64,000 nt of DNA from Epiperipatus broadwayi (GCA_028023455.1 JAQFVV010000006.1:15500001-15564000); one strand, 5' to 3'. Positions 13,153 through 26,050 are shown, counted from the stretch's first letter. Made by a program: numbers and translations. The notes: a model not told the origin generated them from the sequence alone.

Positions 13153-13198
13153 ATAGCTCTGAAGAAGACTGCAGGTCAGTCGAAACGTAGGTGTATGT
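13153..13198 (+). ncRNA. Minimal type I hammerhead ribozyme motif (antisense twin at about 12965-13010)
   Basis: CATAGCT-CTGAAGA-A-GACTG(caggt)CAGTC-GAAA-CG-TA-GGTGTATG: intact core, 5-bp stem II, GUA site, 7-bp stem I with one bulge. Confidence 0.8.
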
Positions 13199-13614
13199 AC
13201 AAATAAAGTTTGCTAAAAAGTGTTTGAAGTTTGGATAAATTGTATTTATTAAATAGAATGTTAATAAATAAAGATAAAAAATAAGATAATATAGGAATAA
13301 TATATATAAAAAGGGGGGGGGAGGAGGTATTAAAAGAATGTTAATGGGTAAAGATTTAGAGAATAGATAATAAATTTATATAAGAAGAGTATTAAATTAT
13401 AAAGGTATTTTAAAAGAAATAATTAAATATAGGGAAAGAGGTAAATAATTATATTTGTAGATGATAATAATATTGTGGTTTTATTTGAATATTATATATA
13501 TTTGTGATGTATTAATATTTTATTTGGTATTTGTGTTATTATTTTTGTTTTTTATTTTTTTTATTTATTTATTTATTTTATTTTATTATTATTATTATTA
13601 TTGTTTTTTTTAAG

Positions 13615-13656
13615 GAAACTTGATAATGGCTACAGAATGTAGTTGAAACGTTGTAT
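13615..13656 (+). ncRNA. Degenerate HHR in PLE 3' region (twin on minus strand at 11066-11108)
   Basis: CTTGATAAT-GGCTAC(agaat)GTAGTT-GAAA-CGTT-GT; core departs from CUGAUGA (G8>A). Confidence 0.55.
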
Positions 13657-15843
13657 GGAAGAGAAATAAAATTATAGTTTGGAATAAAAGAAGTTTTAAA
13701 AACAAAAAGAAGGAATGTTGATTTTATATATTTATTATCATGAAGCTATAATTTAAAAAGTAAAAGAAATGAAAAGTTGTGTATATAATTATATATATAT
13801 ATACTTATAATAAGTCATAAATTACCAATAGCTAATTGGTTTCCGAAATAATTTATATGATGTCTGCCAAAGTCTAATAAACATGTAGGATATCTATCAA
13901 TCTGTCATCACGCCAACGTTTTCTCTCTCTCTATATATATATGAAACTTTTGAGTAATTCTTATTAACAATTGTAGAAGACATTTAGCAATTGAAGAGTA
14001 CCTCAATATCATATTTGGTGCTATTTCCAATGATCTATTTATAATTCTACTATAAATATTTTTCTTTTCTGAGCTAATGTAATAAATGACTATTAACGAA
14101 AGCATACACAGAAAAAGTAGGTTTTTTTAAAATTCAGTTTCATTATTGCCTAGCATGCTTTCGAGATAACATATATATCATAGTCATAAGCCACGAATAT
14201 ATATACATGTTATATCGAAACCATGCTAGTCTGTAATAAAGCTGAATATTTTTTAAAAAAAAACGATCTTTTCTGTGTATGTTTTCATTAACTATCATTT
14301 ATAATGATCTAGTTAGAGATTATTTAAATTTTTCATAACAATATTATCTGATAATTTTAATTTCTGTGATAGTTAAAGAATTATAACCTGAAATTGAGTT
14401 CATTTATTTGTGTAAGAAATCCAGTATATGATATACAATTCTTTTGCGATATATTCTAAAATGTTGTGCTTTACCATTCCGATGTCTTAGTCTTATATAC
14501 TTGAGACTTTATATGCTGTTCTTTCTAGGTGTCCATATAAGTTGTAGTTTGACGATTATATTTCTCACTATTTCTTTCTATATACAATTTTTACTTTTGA
14601 TTACATATTTCACAATAGAAGCATACAGTAATTATTCTCAGCCTCATTTCAATACAAAATCAAGCGTGCCTAAAATGTTGAAAGATTTGCCAATGTCAAG
14701 CATTTATATTACAGATTGAATGCTGTAAAAGACATTGAGCTACATGTGTGATAGAAAGTTTACGTTTAAGGGTTTTATTTATTAACTATTTAAAATGGAT
14801 TGAAAGTGGATTTAATTATTAATAAAATGAGTATCGTAATTGCTCGGAATGCCCGTCATTCACAAAAGATACACGCATGGTAATAAGTTTTAATAACTTG
14901 TAAATGTGTAAAATATTTTGTGATTATGCAAAACATTTTTTTTTTTTGTTCTCGTTTTTTTTCATTTTTACTCTACGTATATTTATATACAAAGAATCTC
15001 ATAGTTAGGATTAAGTATGAACCCCTTCCCCCTTGCATACCTTCACTTGAAATTCTAATCAGCGTTGAACATGGGAATTTTTTTCATTATGTGTGAATAA
15101 TCTTACTCTTTTTCAAGTAGATGGCCAAATAGCATACCAATTTGGCCATCCGATTACTGGTTGGTAAATGGATATTTAATTTTTTAGCTAGAATGTAAAA
15201 TAAGGAAGGCAAACTTTAAAAATATTTATCTGCTGCTGTTGAATAGCCGGGTGAACGATGCCTTTAGATTCCTTTACTGTGAAGAAATACCAATAAAGCC
15301 TTTGTTTTGTTGTGTATGTGCATGTGCATTGACTGTCTCATAACTTTGATCTAATAGAAAAAATAACTAGAAGCTAATGTTCAAATTGTTAAGTTTTCAG
15401 ATAATAAGAGTGTCAAATTATGTCGTACAGGTTTTCAATGCTTAATGTAATGATTTGATAAGCAACATTATTTTTTTTTTTCAAAGCCTCCATTTCACAA
15501 ACGGACTATGCTCTGGCGATTTAAGATGATCATAGAAATTAAAAAGTTAAGACTATGAAGTCTTAGTAATGTATTCTAACTCTATGTAATATATCATATG
15601 ATTTTATTTATGGCTAGAGTTATAATTTTCTCTAAGAAATCAGCATTTATGTATTATAAAGAGTGTAAGTTTTTGTGAATGTATAAAAGAATAGGAAACA
15701 TTAACTTTTAATAATTAAAGTATATATTTTTTTCGTTAATAATTTCTTGTAGTTGTGCTTAGAGTTTAATGTTAATATATATGTGTATATATATTGTATT
15801 TTTATATTATGTATATCTATATATTTATTTTTTTTTTTTTCAG

Positions 15844-16017
15844 CCAAATTGTTATGCCAAAATTATTACTGTGGAGTCCCATAAGAAAATCGTTATTTAT
15901 TCCAAGCAACCTATAAATGTGAACGAGGAAATTACTTATGATTATAAGTTTCCCATAGAAGAAGAAAAAATCCCATGTTTATGTGGTGCTCCGCAGTGCC
16001 GAGGAACTTTAAATTAA
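15844..16017 (+). CDS. Set1: Set1/SETD1 terminal coding exon (SET C-terminus and post-SET)
   Basis: Poly-T tract plus CAG acceptor at 15841-15843; [57 protein letters not shown] then TAA; completes RFINHSCN|PNCY and the post-SET CxCxxxxC. Confidence 0.97.
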   Translation, partial: PNCYAKIITVESHKKIVIYSKQPINVNEEITYDYKFPIEEEKIPCLCGAPQCRGTLN

Positions 16018-16922
16018 AATCATGCCATGCATGTATTGTATTTTTATTACGTTCTCCAAAAAAAAAAAAACAGTTTCAACTGCACATCTTACGCTGCAAC
16101 CAGGATTCAGAAATAACCCGTTATAGTTCTAAACTGAAAGGGTAGGAAAAGTTCTGAGGAAACACAGATGTGTATTATTGTGAACATCGTAAAAAAAGAA
16201 ATTTTTATATATAAATACACATTTTAAAAATATTTTTTAGAAAAATATTTTTATCACCCCAACTTCATTGTAAACATTTTCCGTATTTAATTAAACAAAG
16301 AACATCCGCAACATTCATCAACGTTAAAGTTTGTCCAGAACTGGGGAAAAGACATTCTGTATTTTTTTTTTTTAGAGGTTTGTTTAGCTTGTGTGTAATG
16401 TCAACCTGGCACATCATTCGGGATTATTGTGTGATCCTCGTGTACAGTCTTGTAAATAATCTAATCTAGCTTCCTACTATATATATATATGAAAAATTAA
16501 AATTTTGCGAACTATAAGTAAAAGTGCTAAATTAGCACGACATCAGACCATGTCTATACAATTATTATTTTTCCCTGAAGGAAATATCTTCAATAGGAAC
16601 CACAATTTGTCTTTTTTATTATAATTTTTGTTACTGGCTTAATATTTTTTTTTTTTTATAAGCCTGAATGGTGATGTTTATTACCTATATATTATTGGTC
16701 ATCTGTAAATGATGACGATCATCGTTTTTACTACTAGAGTTGTAGTCAGCATTGGTCTTTTAATTAGAACACTAAAGTGACGAAAGAAAATGAACTATGA
16801 TGATTGGCTAGTTGTATATACTGTATTAGTTCTTATTTTACACACTGGGTGTTCATTGTTTATTAAAGTATTTAAATTTTTCATTTGTATCATACAGAGA
16901 CCTAAAAATTTCTTATTGAATT

Positions 16923-16928
16923 AATAAA
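16923..16928 (+). promoter_or_regulatory. Candidate polyadenylation signal for Set1 (3' UTR about 0.9 kb)
   Basis: First AATAAA I found after the stop codon, followed by a T/GT-rich stretch; AATAAA is common by chance in this base composition. Confidence 0.3.
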
Positions 16929-17669
16929 AAAAAAACATTGTCTGACATTTGTAAAAGAAAGTTGTTTTTTTTTTTAAATAATAATATTATTTTGTATAAA
17001 ATTAGCATAAAAATCAAGTTTGTTAAATATAGTAATAGTTTGTATAATGTTTTGGTCGATGCATGTTTTTTTATAACTGTTTATAATTTTTAATACAAAT
17101 CCGAAATGATTTGATAACTTTGATAGGAATGTTGGAAGAATTACAGTATTCAGAATTTTTTCGAAAATATTAGTGATTTATGATTCGAAATATGCATTTA
17201 CAGGAACTGAAGCACAAATTAAAATCGGAAAATACTTCTGGATTGGAAATGGCCTCAATTTTGAGAATTGAATCTTTTTCAGAAGAATTTGATGAAATTC
17301 TTTTACAAAGTGAGGACCAGTGAGAAATCTAAAAAGGAAGTAAAAATGAAAGATTAATTTTTTTGATGTTGTTCGGTATTGTTGAAGGTGTTTCGGATTT
17401 TTTATTTTTAATTATTAATGGAGCTCTCAGGTACAACATGCTTTAGATAATACTTTTCATGCTAATAAGGTACAAATACTAGTAACGAAATGAATACAAT
17501 TGTACAAATTGTATTGTTGAACGTTTTTTTTTTTTTCAAAACATTTCAGTCATAAATATTTCTAAAGGGACATGATATTTTAAATTTGTTATTGGTAACA
17601 CATTGTTAGTATAATCCACTATATTAATGTAAACATTTGTTTTCCAAAGCACAGAACTAAGAATCTACA

Positions 17670-17995
17670 TTATAAACAAAGCAAAGCAAAACTCCATATA
17701 GTAGTGCCACCTGTGCTAAACAGAGTAATCAATGGATGCCAGAAGGGCTTGTGCATAAAATCCCTATCTAATGCCTACTCATCCAATATCCCCAGACTAG
17801 TTTCTGGCTAGTGGCAGTCTGGGGATATTGGATGAGTAGGCATTAGATAGGGATTTTATGCACAAGCCTTCTGGCATCCATTGATTACTCTGTTTAGCAC
17901 AGGTGGCACTACTATAAGGAGTTGTGCTTTGCTTTGTTTATAAACAATTATGTGCTAGTATTGGAGATGTGATCATGTGATGCTTGCTGGTTTAA
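17670..17995. mobile_element. Family B HHR repeat, fold-back copy (arms 17670-17798 / 17816-17943 plus ~50-nt tail)
   Basis: ~128-bp near-perfect inverted arms; spacer is the reverse complement of the HHR stem II/GAAA; tail ends TGGTTTAA. Confidence 0.85.
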
Positions 17996-18379
17996 TCTAC
18001 ATTATACAAGTTATTATTATATGTCCCAGTAAAAAGTGACTGGGTTCTTTGAGTTATTTTTATTAGTATATGGGTTATGTAGTGACATAGTTTAGTTATT
18101 CATCATAAAAATTTTAAGGCGCTTGCATATTTGAATCATGGGTCACAACATGAAATATTACATTGTGTTGTGTACCTTTATGGTTTGTCTTCAATACTGC
18201 TCCCTTCCATCATGAAATTTTGCTAACTATATTAAAACGTTCTTGTAACCCATGGCTTCACTATCGTACATAGTTTGAATTATTTTGAATGTTTTAGTAG
18301 TTGTGTTATCCAATTTCCAAAAAAGTTTAATGTTAGCATTGTTGCATCATAGATTAAGGTACGAAACACTGTCAAGTTT

Positions 18380-18607
18380 TTCGTTTCGTAACTTATGACA
18401 CAGATATACCAGCATTTTAAATTTTTTATCGTAAATAACTAAACTATGTCATATTTTTCGTTTCATAACATGGTGCAGATACATAAACACGTTAAAATTT
18501 TTATCGTAAATAACTAAACTACATTATTATGTAACCCATGGTGCAGATACATAAACACGTTAAAATTTTTATCGTAAATAACTAAACTACATTATTATGT
18601 AACCCAT
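18380..18607. repeat. Tandem repeat, 68-nt unit (two exact copies plus diverged copies)
   Basis: ACATAAACACGTTAAAATTTTTATCGTAAATAACTAAACTACATTATTATGTAACCCAT at 18481 and 18549. Confidence 0.85.
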
Positions 18608-19562
18608 ACTTTGATTCAATGGTGGCATTGTAGGCAGTTTGGAGAGAGAACCAATCACCTTTTCAACAGACACACTGTGTATGTGTATTGTCATCATCTT
18701 TTGAATATCTGATATGGAACATAAGTTGAACTCCACAATTATACTGTAATAATTTTGAGTGTTTATATAAATTCTTCTTGCATAGAGCAAAAATTTCAAA
18801 ATACGTAATAATTAAATTTTTAAATGCGATTTCAATGCAGAGCTGCCTTAAATTGAATACTTTTAGATTTTTGAGCTTGTGTTATTAATATATCATGCAT
18901 TTTTTATTTTATATATTATATTTACTACACGAATACTCTCATATTGTAGGCATGGTTAAACCCCAAGATCCAATCTGGCCGTATATTTACTATTGAGGAT
19001 CAAAGTTACATATTAATACAAAAGTTAACTAGCATGAGTATTTCTACAATAAAGACAGAAAACGTATGATATAATTTGTGCTTTTATATTTTATTATATA
19101 AGACATGGTCATATTTTTGATCCCAAGAATGTAAAATTAGTTTGCAGTAAAAAGAATGATAAAAAATGAAAATAAAAAGCAGGGTTTATTAACAATGTAG
19201 AGTCTATGATGAAGCAAAGGGCAAATAGTGCTCTATTAAACGATGATTTGGAAGCATATGCAAATAAATTATTTTTTTTTCTATATTTAATGGTCTACTA
19301 TATTATACTAACATTTGCTTTTTGTAGAGGGCGCTCTGCACTGAAATAAGGATTTAATTACTTATTTTGCTCCGTACAAGATACATTTATTTATATTAAT
19401 GCACAATATGATAAATCAACCTTTCTTATGAAAATTTCTGAATTGCTAATATTTAATCTATAATAAAAAGTTGTAAATAACAACTTATTAATTAATTCTT
19501 AACTAGAATATGTAAATGAATTTGTCTTTATAGATTCATAAATATACAACTAAATCTAAAGA

Positions 19563-19680
19563 TCACATGATATTGGATGAGTAGGCACTAGATAGGGATT
19601 TTATGCACAAGCTTCTGGCATCCATTGATTACTCTGGTTTGCACAAGGTGGCACTACTATATGGAGAGTTTTTGCCTGTT
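19563..19680 (+). mobile_element. Family B partial copy with 12-bp target site duplication
   Basis: GATATTGGATGAGTAGG...GAGAGTTTTTGCCTGTT flanked by TAAATCTAAAGA at 19551-19562 and 19681-19692. Confidence 0.8.
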
Positions 19681-20321
19681 TAAATCTAAAGAGTATATTT
19701 AAGTAATGAATAATTGATAAATAGTGCCCAGATCACAAATTTTTTTTTCATTTTAGTGATAAATAAAATAAAATGAAAAGAGATTTGCCTCTTATAATTT
19801 TTTAATTCAACTTCTGCATGAAATCAGTATAATCTTATTTTAAGACGTGAGTTATATCCAGTATTCAAATATATAATTATGGAGCTCTGCTGGGTATTCC
19901 GTTTTTCTTTTAATTGGAAAGTAAGTGTATGTAGTCTTAAAAATGGCTCTCTCGTTGAGGATAAATTAAAGGTCTAACACATAGGGACTTAATTACTTTC
20001 ATCTTCTTTAGTTAACTTTACCAAAAGATAGGTTTCATACAAACAAAGTGTCCTATTGTAAGCTTTTATCCCTTGCTGTACTTCTTAAATATTCATAACT
20101 ACTTATTAAATAATTATCAGTTCCTATCTCTCTCTTTTACTCTCCTCACTTTTTTTCCAATATATCTTGCCTCAAACTACATCCCAATTCAGTTTCTTTA
20201 TCATTCTTTTTCATAATTAATTTTTTTTTCACTTATCTTTTCAACTAATCCATTTTATCCTTTCCATATCCACACCTATTTTTTCCTTAAATATCCATGT
20301 TTATTGATTCCAAGAGATTGT

Positions 20322-20470
20322 AAAATACCCAGAAAGATACCACATGTGAGATGGATGGATGAAATAAGAAAGTATGCAGGGGTGATGTGGAGAAGAGAAG
20401 CTAAAAATCAGAGATGGTTTGAACTTGGAGAGCATCTTGCAGTGGATTGATAATTGTTGATGATGATGAT
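20322..20470 (+). mobile_element. RTE-clade LINE 3' end with (GAT)n tail (further copies: 2947-2993, 29511-29656, 57062-57315 on +; 30685-31200, 45003-45235 on -)
   Basis: Shared 3' motif GAACTTGGAGAG..ATCCTGCAGTGGATTGATAATG..(GAT)n; ORF 45006-45254 gives WAGYIARR.GNRWT..ILKWIPR..RP....KWIDEI, the RTE ORF2 C-terminus. Confidence 0.8.
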
Positions 20471-22060
20471 TCCATGTGTAGTGGTATTCAAATAAAACAT
20501 TTTAAAATCTAATTTCAATGGATCATAAAACAATTTACCTTTTTTTTTTATGATTACATCTATTATTACCAATCTACTTGAATATTTAAAAGCATTAATC
20601 TCCTTGATAATATGCCTTAAGTTTATTTTTAATGTTTTCATTTCACTATTTATTTTCATCGCTTTAATAAAATTTTATTCCAAACCTACTAGTTCTATCC
20701 ATTACACATATTTTGCTAGGCTTATCTTCCCTATCCATGTTATCTGCAAATCTTATATAGTGAATTTTTTTCTCTTTAGCACTAATTCTTTCAATATCAA
20801 AACAATACACTTTTGGAAACTCATCTGCGAAATATTCGATAAAATGTAAGATGAGCCATGGTCCTGCTTTAAACAACTTCCAATATTTGTCTCTTCAGTA
20901 AGGCCTATTAAATCGGATAAATATTTTTGGATACATGCAAATTTTTTAAACAACATCTCTCTTTTCAATACAGTCTTTTCTTTAGAAAATTATTTATTTA
21001 GTAAAATAAATGACTGGTTTGTAGCTTAGGGGTTCATGTGATATTTGATCACAGGTCATGCTTTGATACTGGAATCTTAGCTCTTGAATATAGAGTTAAA
21101 TATATTAGGACCAATTTTCAGATAAATTATCATAAATAAAGTTTTAAAAAAGCTGTTCTGTCTGAGTTCAATCTGTATCTAGAGTGATTGAATGTCATAC
21201 AACTCCTAAAGCAATTAAACATAATTTTCGTATTTCTTATTACAGCGAAGCAATAATTATCAAACTCCATTCACATTTCTTACTTTATCTAATAACTTCA
21301 CATTATGTGAAGATACATTCTAAAAGCTTTACATTTGGTTCATTAGGCCTTTTTTCTACTGAAATGATATCTTTTGAGAGAACATCTAGTGAGTACTTCT
21401 TGTGTCATAGATTTATAAATATCAATTCTCTCTTAATCTTTTCTTGAATCTCAACAGCTTCTTATGCTTTATTATTTATTTTATTTAAAGCTTTTACAAC
21501 CTAAATATTTGGGAAACCTGTTTCATTCTTATCTAGTTTTTATGTTTACATAAAACTGTTACTTCTGTCATGTACACCTTGATAGTTTTTGTTCATTTTT
21601 TTTTTGTCTTTCTTTATTAATTGATTCATTCATGTATTGTGCTTTTTCCACTGAAGTTATATAATTCTGTTATATATTAAATCGAGCCTATTTTTCTTTG
21701 TATTTTTTTTGTCCTTACATTCCTTTTGCACATCTTAATTCAGTATTATGCCTTTTATATATAATTTGATCTTCTAGAAAACTTATTTTTTATCATTTTT
21801 TCTCTAATCACCTCCATATTAATTTATCATATCTCCTGCAATATCTTATTAATTTGCTTTGATACTGTTTAACAATTTGGGAAGGAGGTCATAATATTCT
21901 TTCAATTTATCAATGGTCTGTTTGGTTTCAACTCTTCACTTTCTTTTGGAAAGGTAATGTCAATTCTACCACCATTCTAGAATTTTTATATTCTAGGATG
22001 TGTGCATACTCTTAATGTAATATTTATATCCACTATATTTGATTCTAAGCCTTCTTATAA
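20470..22060 (-). mobile_element. Highly decayed LINE ORF2 remnants (APE-like and RT-like patches), clade unresolved
   Basis: Fragments such as SDLIGLTEET, LVIIDV..K.GKLFYD and FPKYLG; no intact frame. Confidence 0.3.
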
Positions 22061-23199
22061 ATATGCGAAACTATGGGTAATAGCAAATTTTAAGTAAAGA
22101 GTTTAACTGTATACGCAGTGTATATATATATAACCAATTTAGTTTTAAAACTATAAGCATTAAGACATAAGCAAAAATAAAAAATAGATTAATGAAATTA
22201 TGAAAAAAGACAGTACAGTAATAAGTTGAGAAAACAACCACATCATTAACTGAATGCATCTTCACGAATTATATGCCAAAAAATAAAGCCAGGTCATTGC
22301 CTCCGAGTTTTTATAGACATTTGCTTTCTTTAGATTCTTAGTCAACTGTCTTTTTTTTTTTTTAATACTCTATAATCTTTTCCAGCATGTTTTCTATCCT
22401 TTCTTTAAATTCAATCCATTTCTTATGTAATGTATGTTATAGGAAGAGAGATAAATATTTCTTAGTATTTGAAAAAAAAACCCCAATAATTAGATAACAT
22501 AATTAACAATATAAATAAATTAGGTGGAAAAAAGATTAATATGAAAACTGTATATGGACTAAAAATAAATGATTTAGTTGATATTGTATAGCAGTGTTGC
22601 ACAATCGTGTCATGTTTGCGATCCACCTTCCTCAGATGAAAATTTGATGCAACCCGTTATTTGTTTTTACCGTGCCTAAATTATAAGATTAAGTGTGTAA
22701 GGATATTCATAGTAAAATGATACTAGTTTTAATTAATATACAAATTTATATTTTCTGATATTTTAGTATTAAATGCATTCTGTTTGAAATATAATTTTTG
22801 AAACAAAGTGTACACTTACAAAAAAAAAGGGTGATTATTATAAAAACAATTTATTTTCATGTGATTTTTAACTATTTTTAAAAATTATTTTCTTTAAAAA
22901 AAAGCACTTATTATTATTCAAAATTTAATAAATATCTTAAAAATTGTGTGATCCCAAACAATTCGTGAGTTGCTTACCACTTCTGTATAGTAAATTATAA
23001 AAAAGATTAAAATTCGAATAGTAGGGAATTTATAAACCTTTAATAATAGGAATACTTGCAATGTAGGATTTCTAACTTAGATTCTAAATAGGACTTCACT
23101 GGATAAAAATGGATTTCTACGGTAAAGTTACTTTTTGAATTCTGATTTATAATTGAAAATATTGTAATATGAACTTGTTTCGAAAACTTTGCGTGCCAA

Positions 23200-23961
23200 A
23201 ATTATAGTAAAACAATATAGGCGCTGTCAACACCTAAACCGCAAAGATACTATTTACTTTTATAGTTAAATTTCTCTGCTGAGCGCTTTCAAGAGGTGTG
23301 CTCTCATATTCATAGCTCTGAGTGAAGTAACTCTGTAATTATATGCAAATTATACAAAGTCAAAGGTTAATTGCTCCATTTCGATATCGAGAAGCATGTG
23401 TCTTTACGATTGATAGCGTTGCAAACCATAGCGATGAAGCAGGCTCCCTTCACTTTTCTTTTCACATCGTGTTTCTCTTTGCAGACCAGGTTGATCTCTT
23501 GTGGTTTGCACTGGTGTCTGCCTGTTTCTGATGTAGTGCGAAGATGGAATAGTGTGATGGATCTGACTGTGCCTTGGTGTATGAATATCTGTGTTGTAGT
23601 AATCTGGTTTCCAGGGCTGCCTTAGTTTCCCCATAATATGAGGCTCTACAATTTGTGTGATTGCATGCAATATTGTACACCACCTGTGGTGTTTGAGCCA
23701 GTGTTAGTTTATCTTTTGTGTTGTTAATTAATCTGTTGGAACTGGAGGGGGGAGTCAAAAACTTAATTGGAACTGTCTATTAAAAATTGCATAAAATGTA
23801 TTATGCAAACTTGGAATGCATATAATTACAGAGTACTTCACTCAGAGCTATGAATAAGAGCACACCTCTTGAAAACGCTCAGCAGAGAAATTTAACTATA
23901 AAAGTAAATAGTAGCTTTGCAGTTTAGGTGTTGACAGCGCCTATATTGTTTTACTATAATT
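23200..23961 (-). mobile_element. PLE remnant: GIY-YIG fragment between ~147-bp inverted repeats carrying degenerate HHR motifs
   Basis: Arms 23200-23347 / 23817-23961; internal VVYNIACNHTNC..YYGETK..LETRLLQH...SIFALH.../KRKVKGACFI...NAINRKD; arms contain GAG(cacac)CTC..GAAA(G)CGCTC. Confidence 0.82.
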
Positions 23962-26050
23962 GAAAATATTATATACAAGCGCTTTGAAACGCTGGTTGAA
24001 GAAGCTATTAATAGCAAACAAACAAAATAAGTTAATCCAGGCTAAGCACTTTCAATGTGTTATCCCTCATAATTATAGCCTAAATAATAATCGTTTTTGT
24101 GATATTATTAGATGGTAATATATGCAAATGTATATGTAAATTAATCAGCTTGTCCATTTTCTGGAGATAGCAAAGCATGTGTCACATCTATTAATTGCGT
24201 TATTGTCATTGATGATAAAATACGCTTTTATCTTCATTTTGCAGTCATATGTATGGAAAATTTTCACTGTGAAAAAAACCAAGTACTGTGTAGAAAAAAG
24301 TTGGATACCGTTTGTAATATTAAAATTTATCTGTCCACAAACAATTTTAAAAGAGTATTGGAAGAAGTTGAATCTTTTTAATTTGAAATAATAATAATAT
24401 TTGCTTCTCAATTATTATTATTATTTTAGTATTTTCAATAAATTATTTTTGATTTATTTTATTTATATACGTAGGAAAAATGGGCAGGATTCTAAAACAT
24501 TTATCAAGGTGATAAAGATTCCATGATTCAAATAAATTGGTGATCATTGATGTAGAAAATGACTTTAAAATTGATTGTTTTCTTGTGACTGGAACATTTA
24601 ATAAATTTATCGGAAACATAACAGAAAATAATTGAAATAGTCTACGAGGTTGGAAAAAACATATTAGGGATAAAATGAATTTTTGTTCTAAATTGAAAAA
24701 GCTGATGAAAATTGAACTGTTGAAGAAAATACAAAAGGCAATATGGCATCTCAACAATAGTAAAGTTTTTTTAAGAAGGAGAATATTTTATTATTCTATC
24801 TACTGTTTTCTGTAATTATTCTTAAATAATTGAATTTATTTCTTCTTTTCACTCTAATATAGTTATTTTGTTCTTGAATAAATTTGATTTTTTACATCTA
24901 ATATTCTTTTTCATCATTAATCAATTTATTTATTAACTCATCAGTTTGTAAAATTAGTTTATTTTTTCTTCTATTGTAATCCGAATCTATGTTATCTTTC
25001 AGATATAATAATAAACAATCACTCATAAATAAATGTGACCAATGTAACTCAAAAAAGAGAAAAAACTATTCTAGAAAAATGTCTTTTGATGACTATATAA
25101 ATACGTTCACATATGGAACATGCTGTTCCATTTTTTATTTATTTGATATTTTATGAAGTTATCTTACTTTTTTAAGAAAACTTTTTTTCTGAAATACTTC
25201 AATACCATATCTAAGTTCTCCAATGTATTCTATTCTCTGCCAGATTCTTCCAATGGAAAAAAAACTGATATTGCATTTCTTTAGAATGTTTTTGAGATAA
25301 TCTTTATAACATGGATGGGTCTACCTCTCGCACAAATATTATGCCCAAATTCACCGTAAAACTTTTAAAAAGTGCTGCATTGTTTATTTGTTTTACATAC
25401 CTAATTGAATGGTATAGTTTTATAATCTATATTACAATCAGCAAGTTGAAGGAAATATTGGTTTTATGATCTTACCATTATATTTTTAAAATTTTGGTGA
25501 GCATTCTTAAAGGGAATTTTTCTAAGGTCTTTATATTGCGCTGACATAGTGACCAAATCTAACTTCCATACAATAAATCAGGTAAAATAACAATCTTCCA
25601 GATATACACCTTTAATAATATTTCTGCAGGTATGGATTAATATAGTGGCAGAAAGGTAGATTCTGGAGTTCATGGATCAAGATCCTACTTCCATAGTTCT
25701 AACTTTTTATAATCTATAAACCAAATTATTTTTTAATACTACTTGTAAATATACTTCTAGCACATATAGATACAGTTAAAGCAGTGTTTAAATCACCCAT
25801 TGTAAGTCAAAGGTCTCCAATAGCACTACAAAAGAGGTGTTACAAAAAAATTGTTGAGAAAGATAAATGATTTTTCAATTTTGGATTTACTTTTTAACTA
25901 AAAAGAACTAAGTAACTCGTTTCTGATTAGTATTTCCCGAATTGGCCATAGGCTATCTATCTGAGAGGGGGGTGGGTGGGTAGTGTCGATTTGATTAGAA
26001 CCTAGAAAGGTTTTCAAGTTTACTTAGCTGTATTTGAATCTTTACTTATT

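Larger units (their letters stand above)
10984..13738. mobile_element. Penelope-like element (PLE) insertion with nested inverted repeats, 5'-truncated GIY-YIG endonuclease copies and four HHR motifs
   Basis: Outer arms 10984-12390 (interrupted by TIR element) / 13246-13738; inner arms 12381-12617 / 12630-12866; third pair 12914-13056 / 13107-13249 (identical by eye). Confidence 0.88.

Noticed and set aside
16451-16820. Pumilio-type UGUAHAUA motifs in the putative Set1 3' UTR
   Set aside because: Motif is frequent by chance at this AT content and also occurs in introns.
22593-22700. hAT-like CAGTGTTGC terminus
   Set aside because: No matching opposite TIR or TSD found.
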